From Tubulanus polymorphus (lineage: Eukaryota; Animalia; Nemertea): DNA of 64,000 nucleotides. Made by a program: the position numbers and the translations under genes. The notes below the pieces were generated by a model. It had not been told where the DNA came from and did not search any database. It saw only the letters and a list, made by a program, of their open reading frames with translations. The stretch is from positions 26,516,299 through 26,580,298 of the forward strand of contig NC_134025.1 of NCBI RefSeq assembly GCF_964204645.1, written 5' to 3'. This document shows positions 29,201 through 41,200 of the stretch, in pieces (position 1 is the first letter of the stretch; every line of letters starts with the position of its first letter).

Positions 29201-32200
29201 AACTATCAGATACCTGATTTAACGAAATGTCGAGCAGTCACATATCTATGTGCTACTGTTACTCGAGGAACAAACGCGCAATATGCAGCAGAATCTGTTA
29301 CAACTAATAATGTTCAGTGTCTTGATATCAGCACTGATATACAATGTAGTGCAGGTATGATCATTGAAAATACCTCTTGGCTTTTTAATTTTGTTTGAGG
29401 GATGACTACCTATATTAAGATAGCCATAACCTTCCTTTTCCAGATCCTACCATCAAGACATTTACCCCGCTATCGTCAGCAATATACATTCAACCAAATA
29501 CGTTCTCATTGACGTTTGATGTTACTTTTGAAAACGCAGCTTCTGCAGGACACACTGACATTACGGCAGTAACAGCGCCTAATTCTAACTTCAAAGTCGA
29601 CTTAATCCTTTCTAATATCGATATGACAACGTGTACTGCGGGTTCAGTCTCAATTTCGTCTACATCAAATGTTGACCAAACTGTTGCTCTTTCGAGTGGA
29701 GCCGTTACTAGTACAATATCCGGAAGTGCATCAATCACAGTGCCTTCAGTCACCGCTGACTGTAATGATATGAGATATATCTGCGCTAAGTTGAATGTTC
29801 CTACTTCTGCGTCATATACTGATAATGACCTCACAAACAACTGCAAGTGCGTCGATATAACAGCTCAGAAATCCTGCTTTCCTGGTATGTTAGTTTATGG
29901 AATTATTGTGGAAATCTTTGTTTTATTTCAGCTCTTTAGTTCTATAAGTAACATATAAGTGTTTCTTTTTAGATTTAAAGATGACCAGTGTAACAGGTGC
30001 TCCAGTATCTGGAACTCTAAATGATGCATCAGCCACAAATTATAAGATCACAACTGCTCTGAAAAATAATGCAGTAAATACGGCAGCTTACTACGGAAAT
30101 AATATCCTCGCCACGACCGGGTCCAATTACAACTACGACATATCAGTTATCATTTCTAATGCTGATATCGGTGCCGGTGGAACTGATACTCTTGGACATT
30201 CTGCAATATCTATTTCATCATATACGACTCCGGCACAAAGACAAGCAGCTTTGGCAGCTCAGGCAACTACGTCGATCGTTGATATCATCACGAGTATAAC
30301 GATTGACCCAGCCAAATGTACAAACGCTTTGTATTTATGTGCAACTGTGTCTCGAGGAACCAATGCAAATTTCCCTGCAGAAACCATCCTCACAAATAAT
30401 TATCAATGTAAAGATATATCAGCTACCTCGGATAAAATATGTACACCAGGTACTTTCATATGAATATTCTTGATAGTCGATACACATTCCCTTTTCATAC
30501 ATAGCTTGATGTTGTTATGGACTATATTTCAGATCCTATCATCAAAACCTTCTCAGTCGCATCGACGAATCATTTTATCACTGGAGTCGCTGTTGCTGCC
30601 GCAGCGTTTGATATTACAATTGAGAACAGTGTCACTATAAATGCTGATATAGCAGCTGTAACAGGAGGAAATATTAATTTCAAAACGAACCTCATTCTTG
30701 CAAGTGCTGATATGGTGACATGTACTGCAGGATTTACAAGTACAGTTTCAACTGTCAGTAGTCAGGTAGCATTAGCATCAGGAGCTACCACATCACCAAT
30801 TTCAGCAACTGGATCAGTAACAATGCCAACTGTAACAGCAGACTGTAACAACGCTAATTATTTGTGCGCTCAACTTGTTGTTGGGACTGGTGCATCTTAT
30901 ACAGATTTGAACACTACAAATAATTGTAATTGTGTCGATATATCTGCGCAGAAATCATGTTTTCCAGGTATACCAGAAAGTCATTGTATTGTTAAATAGT
31001 CGTTAGTTACTTTGTTTTGTAAATTTTCTGAATTCGGTTCGATAGATGGCCTTAACCACGTTTGGCGATTTACAAGGAATCCCGTGTAATTGCGTTAAAT
31101 GTTGTGTTGGGTTATTTGCTCCTTAACGTTTGATATCTACTAACATTAACACACTTTCTTCATTTTAGATATCGATTTGGTGGACATAAATTCTAATGGT
31201 CCGGTAACGCCTGGAGAAAAGCTTAATGATCAGTCAGCCATTAACTATAAATTCAACCTCAACATAAAAAACGTCGCCACCTCTGGTCTAGGTAACGACA
31301 TTTTGGAAGCTACGGGTGGAAGTGACTTTAACTATCAGTTGACTGCGTATCTGTCGGATAATAATGTACGAGGTGGCACTGCTGATACTTTGTCACTTGG
31401 TAATATAGGCTCATTGACTTATACATCTCCGAATGAACGAAAAGTAGCACTGGCCGCTCAGGCTACGCATTCCATCACATCGATAATCATCAACTACCAG
31501 ATACCTCATGCAGTAAAATGTTTATCCATCACTTATCTATGTGTTACTGTCGATCGAGGAACAAATGCACAATATGCGGCAGAAACTGTTACAACTAATA
31601 ATGTCCAATGTCTAGATATAAGTGCTGATATTCAATGTCAGGCAGGTCAGTTAATCGTGCACATCTTCAAATTCGGCAATAACGAAAACTTATAAATGCA
31701 TGTATATACATCTATGACTGCTGAATTGCATTTCAGATCCAATAATCAAGACGTTCACTCCACTTTCCACTGCGGTGTACATTCAACCAAACACATTCTC
31801 ATTGACATTTGATGTTGTTTTTGAAAACACTGCTTCTGCAGGACACACCGATATAACGGCAGTAACAGCTCCTAATTCTAACTTCAAAGTCGACTTAATC
31901 CTGTCTAATATTGATATGACAACTTGTTCTGCGGGTTCAGTGTCAATTTCTTCAACTTCAAGTGTTGACCAAACTCTAGCGTTGGCAACTGGAGCAGTGA
32001 CCAGTACAATATCTGGTAGTGCTTCTATTACGGTACCTTCAGCTACATCCGACTGTAATGACATTAGATATGTTTGTGCAAAGTTGAACGTCCCTGCAAC
32101 AGCATCATATACAGACAACGACCTTACAAACAACTGCAAATGTGTCGATATATCAGCACAAAAATCCTGTTTTCCAGGTATGTCTCGTACCCTGGTTAAC

Positions 32201-35200
32201 ATGTATTTCTTTTTAGATTCTTAATTTCGTTACCAGGCGATACTGAGTGTTCTAACAGATTAGATACGTATTAATGATTTAATACCTGAATTCTAAGTGC
32301 GTTTTGCTTCTTTTGCTCTGTAAATGTGCATTAATACTTAAAGAATAAACCATTGGTTTTTTTTGAAACCATGAACAGCATATTTCATATAAACATAAAC
32401 GTGCTAAGTGATTTCAATTGTATATCGTCTTGTAGATTTCAGGATGACCAGTATAACAGGTGCTCCAGTATCGGGAACACTAAATGACGCAACTGCTACA
32501 AGTTATAAGATTACGACAGCCTTGAAAAACAATGCAGTAAATACGGCAGCTTACTACGGAAATAACATCCTCGCCACGACTGCGTCCAATTACAACTACG
32601 ATATATCAGTAATCATTTCTAATGCTGATATCGGTGCTGGTGGATCTGATACTCTCGGACATTCTGCAATATCTGTTTCATCATATACAACACCAGCGCA
32701 AAGACAAACAGCTTTGGCAGCTCAGGCAACTACGTCGATCGTTGATATCGTCATGAGTATAACGATTGACCCGGCTAAATGCGCGAATGCTCTGTATTTA
32801 TGTGCAACTGTGTCTCGAAATACAAATGCGAATTGTGCTGCTGAAACCATTCTAACAAATAACGCTCAATGTAAAGATATATCAGCAACTTCAGACAAAA
32901 CATGTACCCCTGGTTCGTATAATTCTTGAATCGAACTCTCTGATATTACATCATCGGAAATAGAACGATAAACACACTCAAACGTGGTGAACGGATAATA
33001 AGATAAAAACCCACTACCTACAAATTAAAAGAATTTAAAAACAAGAAATTCATTTACTCGAACAATCTAAAAAAATTTTGAACTTCGAATATTTTATAAA
33101 TTTAGATTGTTCGAATAAATGAATTTCTTGTTTTTAAATTCTTCTTATTTGTAGATAGTGGGTTTTTATCTAATTATCATCGGAAATATTTATATGTGTA
33201 TACATATGATTCTTTTCGTGTATTCATACTTTTTTTATAATAGATCCTATCGTCCACACGTTTACGATTCCATCAACCGATCTCTTTATAACTGGGGTTG
33301 CTGTCACGCCGTCAATCACCATCAAATTCCAGAATACTGCAACTACAAACGCAGATATATCTTCTGCAACTGGTGCAAACGTAAATTTCAAAACGAATCT
33401 GATTTTGGCAAACGCTGATATGTCCACGTGCACCCTACCAGGAATAACGAATACAATATCTACCGTGAGTAGTCAAGTGGCGCTTGCATCAGGAGCGACC
33501 TCATCCGCCATTTCAGCAACTGGATCGGTAACGATGCCAACTAGTATCCCGGATTGTTACAATGCAAACTACCTATGTGCTCAACTTGTGGCCGGCACCG
33601 GTGCAACTTACACAGATGGTGACACTACAAATAATTGTAAATGCGCAGATATTACTTCACAAAAGTCGTGTTTTCCGGGTAAGTCAACTTAGACCTTCTA
33701 TAAAAATTTGAGATAAATTCATGTATATATATCATGTATTGGCATCAGTCATACATAGTTTTGATTTGCACTAACAGATATCGACGTGGTGGCAATCGTG
33801 TCTAATGCTCCTGTCACTGGTGGAGAAAAACTCAATGATCAATCTGCTATCAACTATAAATTCAACCTCAATCTACAAAATGTCGCGACTGCAAGTTTAG
33901 GAAACGACATCTTACAAGCTACTGGTGCGAATGATTTTAACTATGATGTGACAGCGTATCTGTCCGATAACGATGTCAGAGGTGGAACTGCTGATACTTT
34001 GGCACTTGGTAATATCGCCTCGTTGACTTACACATCAGTATCAGCCTCAACTGAAAGAAAAGCAGCAATGGCAGCCCAGGCTACACATTCATTAACATCG
34101 ATCAATATCAACTATCAGATACCTGATGCAACAAAATGTTTGAGTGTACGATATCTATGTGCCACTGTTGGTCGAGGAACGAATGCAAAATATGCTGCAG
34201 AAACAGATATTACTAATAACGTCCAGTGTCTTGATATCAGTTCTGATATAAAATGCAGCCCAGGTCAGTTTACAAGACATTTACCATATTGTGCATTTAT
34301 CCCATGTGAATACTGTTTTATTATGTTAATATAAATTATTGTATAATATTCCAGATCCAGTTATCAAAACATTTACTCCGCTTGCATCAGCTCTCTACAT
34401 CCAACCGAACACATTGGCTTTGTCTTTTGATGTCACCGTAGAGAATACTGCATTAGGTGGAAACTCGGATATAGCCTCAGTAACGGCTCCTAATTCTAAT
34501 TTCAAAGTCGATGTCATTCTGTCTAATATTGACATGACGACTTGTGCTGCTGGTTCAGTTTCAATTTCATCTACTTCGAATGTTGACCAAACTGTGTCTC
34601 TAGCAAGTGGAGCAGTAACAAGTACAATATCTGGAAGTGCTTCAATCTCAGTACCTTCTGCCATATCAGACTGCAATGAAATGAGATACGTTTGTGCGAA
34701 GTTAAACGTCCCTGCAACAGCATCTTATACAGATAAAGACCTCACAAACAACTGCAAATGTGTTGATATATCAGCACAGAAATCCTGCTTTCCAGGTATA
34801 TGATGATCCAATGATCTAACGTGCATATCGGCCTCTTCATAAATATGAATCATAATAAACATTACCCGGTGATAATTTTTTACAGATGTAAAAATGACAT
34901 CTATAACTGGCGTTCCAGTATCGGGGACACTTAATGACGCATCAGCCACAAATTATAAGATCACAACCGTCTTGAAAAATAATGCAGTAAATACGGCTGC
35001 ATATTACGGAAATAATATCCTCGCAACGACTGCGTCCAATTACAACTACGATATATCAGTAATAATTTCTAATGCTGATATCGGTGCTGGTGGAACTGAT
35101 ACTCTTGGACATTCTGCAATATCTATTTCATCATATACGACACCGGCGCAACGACAAACAGCTTTGGCAGCTCAGGCAACTACGTCGATCGTTGATATCG

Positions 35201-38200
35201 TCATGAGTATAACGATTGACCCGGCTAAATGCGCGAATGCACTGTATTTGTGTGCAACTGTATCTCGAGGAACCAACGCAAATTATCCTGCGGAAACCGT
35301 GCTCACAAACAACTATCAGTGTAAAGATATATCAACAACCTCGGATAAAACATGTTCCCCTGGTTAGTGAGGAAAGACTTTTTTATTATCGTACATTTGC
35401 TATATGCTGATACTATTTTGAAACAAAATAAGCATAATGGCAAATTGTTTTGTTCATGATGATTATCTGACATGTATATAAATTATTTCAGATCCAATTG
35501 TGAGTTTGTTTACAGTTTCATCTACTGATCGTTTCATCACCGGAGTTGCAACCACCACGTCATTTGACACGAAATTCCAAAATATCGCAACAACTAATGC
35601 AGATATATCGGCTGCAACTGGGGGTAATATCAACTTCAAAACTAACATATTCTTGGCAAACGCTGATATGTTAATATGTACATTACCGGGAATAACAACT
35701 TCTGTATCCACTGTAAGTAGTCAGGTAGCAATTGCATCAGGAGCCACTACGGCAACCATCGGAGCAACAGCATCAATAACAATGCCAACTGTAACAGCGG
35801 ACTGTAACAATGCTAATTATTTGTGCGCACAACTTGTGGCTGGAACTGGTGCAACTTATACTGACGTGGACGCTACAAACAACTGTAAATGTGTCGATAT
35901 TACTGCGCAGAAATCATGTTTTCCTGGTGAGTTTGTACGGTACTGAATGATAAACCTTTTCATATTTCAATATGATGCATTATTTTCGTTACCTTTTTTG
36001 AAAGATATCGATGTAGTGAGCATAGCCGCCAATGGACCTGTGACGACTGGGGAAAAACTGAATGATCAAACAGCAATTAACTACAAATTCAGCCTGAATC
36101 TCAAAAACGTTGCGACGGTGGGTCTAGGAAATGACATCTTGGAAGCTACTGGGACCACTGATTATAACTACGTAGTGACTGCATATCTGTCTGATAATGA
36201 TGTCAGAGGTGGCACTGCTGATACTTTGTCTCTTGGCAATATTGCCTCATTGACTTACACCTCAGCATCAGCATCAACGGAAAGAAAAGCAGCAATGACA
36301 GCCCAGGCTACACATTCATTGACCTCGATAAATATCAACTATCAGATACCTGATGCAACAAAATGTTTGACAGTGTCGTATCTATGTGCTACCGTTGGTC
36401 GGGGAACAAACGCGCAATATGCAGCAGAAACAGTTACAACTAATAATGTTCAATGTGTAGATATACGTACTGTTATACAATGCAGCCCAGGTTTGTTCTA
36501 AATACCACTCATGCGTCTAACATTCCTTATCCGATAATTTTATGTTTTTTTATTTTACTGAACCTTTTTTTAGATCCAATCGTCCAAGCATTTACACCGA
36601 CGTCAGCAGTTGTCTTTCAACGAGGAGTGGCAGTATCGACGAGTTTCACGATTGTTCTTAAAAATGATGCACCTGCCGGTCACACTGATATACAAGCAGC
36701 ATCTGGAAGTGGAGTGAATTTTGATGTTTCTTTGTATTTGAGTGATGTAGATCTTTCTACTGGTGCCAACCCAACCGTTTCTTTGCCCTTTACGAGTGAT
36801 GTTTCTAAAGGTGACGCTCTGGCGCGAGCTGCTCTTCTTCCAGCTACTGGATCAATCAGTGGTACCTCAACAGTTACTATGCCAGATGCATCAACTTGTA
36901 ATAGTATCAAATTCCTGTGTGCTCATACCGCTACTGGAACTGGAGCGACCTTTACGGACAGAGATTTAACAAATAACTACAAGTGCACCAATATTGTTGC
37001 TCAAAAGTCTTGTTATCCAGGTAATGGTAAGAACTTCTTCAGCTTTCGTCCCATTTCCATGTAGCTGTACTGAATGTTTTGTTTCTATCCTCTCATATCT
37101 AGATATCAATATAGCAAGTCTGACTGGCGCTGCTTTAAATGTTGGTGAATTGATCAACGATAATCTACCTATAGATTTCCGATTAACCATAGGTCTTCAA
37201 AATGTAGCCCCTACGAAATCAAATTACGGCAATGACATTTACGCAATTTCTGGTATTGGCAATTACAATTATGACGTTACAGCATATGTCTCTAATGCTG
37301 ATGTTGGAGCAGGTGGTATCAACTCACTGTCCAATCATGCAATTTCACCGTTAACTTACACAACGGCATCCCAAAGACAAGCTGCATTAGCAGCCGGTGC
37401 GACACATTCGTTGACGAATATTGATACAAATTATCAGATCCCAAGTGCAATTTGTATAGATGCAACTCATCTATGCGTTCAAGTATCTGCTGGAAATAAT
37501 GCAAAATTCACCGAAGATGTGCTGACTAATAATATCAAGTGTATATCCCTTGGAACAACGAAAGTGTGCACAGCAGGTAACGTAACCATAGATGAAGTAT
37601 CCTGCAATGTAATAATTCCGAGAAAAATTGTTTAACCTTTGTCATTTTTGTAATTCTATAGATTGGGACTGTATTAGTTTTGCTGATGATAATGATCCGA
37701 TATACAAAGACAGCCTAGCTACACCAATAACCTTTACGGCCAATGTAAAACACATCGGTCCAGATCCACCGGCGCGAAATATCCCATCAGTTGTAGGAAC
37801 AACAAGTAACTACATATCCTTTCTTTTTTCTTATTTTCGGGGGTATAACTTAAATCTTTACATTTAACTTCATCTTTGTCGCAGGTACAAATTTCGTTCT
37901 CGAGATTCGACTAGCTCAATTTGATATTCGTGCAGTTGGTATAGCATCTGATACATTGAATCTGATTCAGACATCAGCTCCCACAACTGCAGATGATCTG
38001 AAAGTTGGCATGAACTACGGGGAGACAATAGCGTTCACTGGAACGGCCACTATAACTGTGCCATCTGCACAATGTGACAATATAATATACATGTGTGCAA
38101 AAATAGGACAAGGTACAGCGACAGGGCTTTATAACCTCGCGTCGAATGATTGGAGTTGCACGAATATAAAAAACAGAGTCAGCTGCGCTATAAGTATGTT

Positions 38201-41200
38201 ATCACAAATGTTGTGTGTATCAAAAAGTCATTGAAAATAATTCTCGTTTTCATTGATATAGATATGTTGCATTACAGATGCTCAAATACCAGCGTTCACA
38301 AATCCACCGGAACTGACACTGGGTGTTGCTCAAACTGGGGTAGCCCTAGACATTAATGTTAAGAATGCCGCTACCACGGACAATATTGCTGCTGTAACAG
38401 GAACTAATGAAAACTTCGTCTTTACGTATACCTACGAACAAGAAACAGCACCGGGGGTATACTCAGTAATATCGACGCTTACAATTAGTGGACTGACTGT
38501 CGCAAAACGCCAGGTTGGTATAGCGGCTACAGCGACTCACACATTTACTGGAGCTTCCGTTGATTTTCCAGCTTTAACGACGTATACCTGTCCCCTTGTG
38601 ACACATGTCTGTGTAGAAGTACAAAAAGGGACGGGAGCGTCATACATTGAGTCCGCTACCACTGATAACAGAAAGTGTACCCAAACGCAGAGGATGTGCT
38701 TTCCAGGTAATGAATCATTATTGATGGTGATAAAATCAAATCTTTAAACAAAGGCGTTAATGACGTTATCTTTCATTTTAGACCCTACGTGGAAGGCACC
38801 AGCACCTAACAATCCAACTTGGGTAGGACTGGCAAATATTCCACAAGCCACAGCTACTACGGTTACATTCGATGCCATCATATTCAATACGGCTCCGACC
38901 GGACTGGGCAACGATATTCTTGCTGCCACAATGGGGGACAAAAATTATGCCCTCGAACTATACTTTGCATCTGATAGTAGTGGATCTTCATCATTAACAA
39001 GTAATTTTACTGCAACCCTCAGTACAAATGATCAGGCAGCTTTACCGGCTGATAGTGGGACAACATCTGTAACGATCCGAGCATCAGCAACTGTGACACT
39101 TCCTACAGCTAATTGTCCTCAGGCCGATTATCTTTGTGGCCGAATAAAACCAGGAACTGGTCCAAAATGGGTCGACAATGTGTTAACTAATAACGTTTCC
39201 TGTTCCACAATATTGTCCGTCAGAGGTTGTAATCCAGGTAAGCCCTAAATTGGGTTATGATTTATTTCATTTTCAAAGAATGTAATATGTTGATTGATGT
39301 AGATGCATGTTCCATTCTACAAATATAATTTTCAGATCCAATTGTGAATTCATTTACGGCACCAACAGACACGTTTGTAAGATCAGTTAATGTTCCAACC
39401 TCAGGATTTGATGTCATTTTACAAAATATAGCACCCGGTGGAAACTCAATCATAACAGCTGCTTCTGCGGGTAATGTTAATTTCAACATCACTTTGACTT
39501 TGACGGACGTTGATTTAAGCACAGGAGCGACAGCAACAGTTTCCGTAGTTTCAACAACCACTATCAATAAAGCGGATGCATTAGGAAGCGCCAATTCATT
39601 GTTGCCTACTTCTGGTAATTTTGCGGGAACAAGTTCTATTACGATGCCGGATTCAGTAAACTGCAACAAAATCAAATTTATTTGCGCTAGAACCGAAGAA
39701 GGAACTGGTGCAACGTTTACTGATGTTAATTCAAACAACAATTACAAATGCAGCAATATAGTTGCGCAGAAAACATGTTTCCCAGGTAAAATTATAGATT
39801 ATTCAGCACCATCAATTGTTCTCCAATGTTATCATTTTTGATCATATAACTACAAACTATTCCGTTTATAGTTCTATGATTTAGTTTTCTGTCAGATTTT
39901 GAAGCGAGCATTACTGATAAGTGGTGGATTATTTGCCTTTGCCTTTGTAGATGTCGACATTACGAGTCTATCGGCGTTAGGACCAGTCACCGGTGGTGAT
40001 AAACTAAATGATCGTGCAGCAATTAACTACAAATTCACTGTTAATTTACAAAACGTTGGAGCAACAACCGCCGATTACGGCAACAACATTCTAGCAGCAA
40101 CCGGTGGAAACTCTAATTACGAAGTAAAATGGTACATCTCCGATGCCGATGTCAGACCCGGTGGTGGGACGAACACTTTGGGTATTGCGCAAAGTGGAGT
40201 TGTGACTTACACAACTCCAGCGCAGACACAAGCGGCGATGGCAGCTGGAGCAACGACTTCCATAGTTGACGTCCAAATAAATTACATGATCCCACAAGCG
40301 AAGTGTCCTAATGCCGCTTACTTATGCGCATACGTGCAGGCTCACAGTACCGCGAAATACATCGAAACACCATTAACGAATAATTTGTATTGCTCTAGCA
40401 TACTGGCTGATAAGAATTGCGCACCAAGTAAGTTTCTACATCTAAGTTCCCTTCATCTAAAAGATTAAGTTCCAATACATACATTATACATCTACCTAGA
40501 CAATGTCTCGACATACAGTTTCAAATGTTTCATTTAAGTTTTTACCAATCTAAATGGAGCTGTATCTGTACCAGAAAATACGACATCAGGTTCCGATATA
40601 TTTAACGCCACAGCCACTGACGGCAATGGTGATACACTTACTTATTCAATCCAAGCTGGAGTCGGGCCATTCACTATCAATACTGCCAGTGAGTGTGAAA
40701 TATCCACATATTTTCATACAGTCATTTTTGATAATAACTTCTCTAATTGACTACGTGTTATTCATTTTAGCTGGAGATATCTCGTTAACGGGAACTATCA
40801 ATTTCGAGGTTGATCCTACAACATACTCTTTAGGCGTTTATGTTACTGACGGAGTCTACAGCGTCACTGATAAAGTATTGACGATTACAATCACAGATTC
40901 GAATGATCCTCCAGTTGCAAGCAATTTAGCACCCAATGTAGCTAACGCGGCAGCTACTGTTACCTTTGCGGAAGATTATACTGGTCAGGTATTTGATGCT
41001 GCACATACAGATGAAGATTTGCCGGCACAAACAATCACATATTCTATTCAAAGCGTTTCATCAGGCGGTACCAATGTTGCGAGTTATCCATTTTCAATTG
41101 ATGGAGCCAATGGTAAGCATCAGTTTAGTTCTAAACATGTATATGAACAGTATTTCCATATGTTTCTAGATGATTATGTATGTTTTATTTTCTATACAGG

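Noticed and set aside
17612-36490. Array read as dozens of separate small genes, a bacterial adhesin or a CRISPR-like array
   Set aside because: Each ORF is bounded by AG/GT at a constant phase with a fixed length, so these are spliceosomal exons; there is no short repeat-spacer structure.
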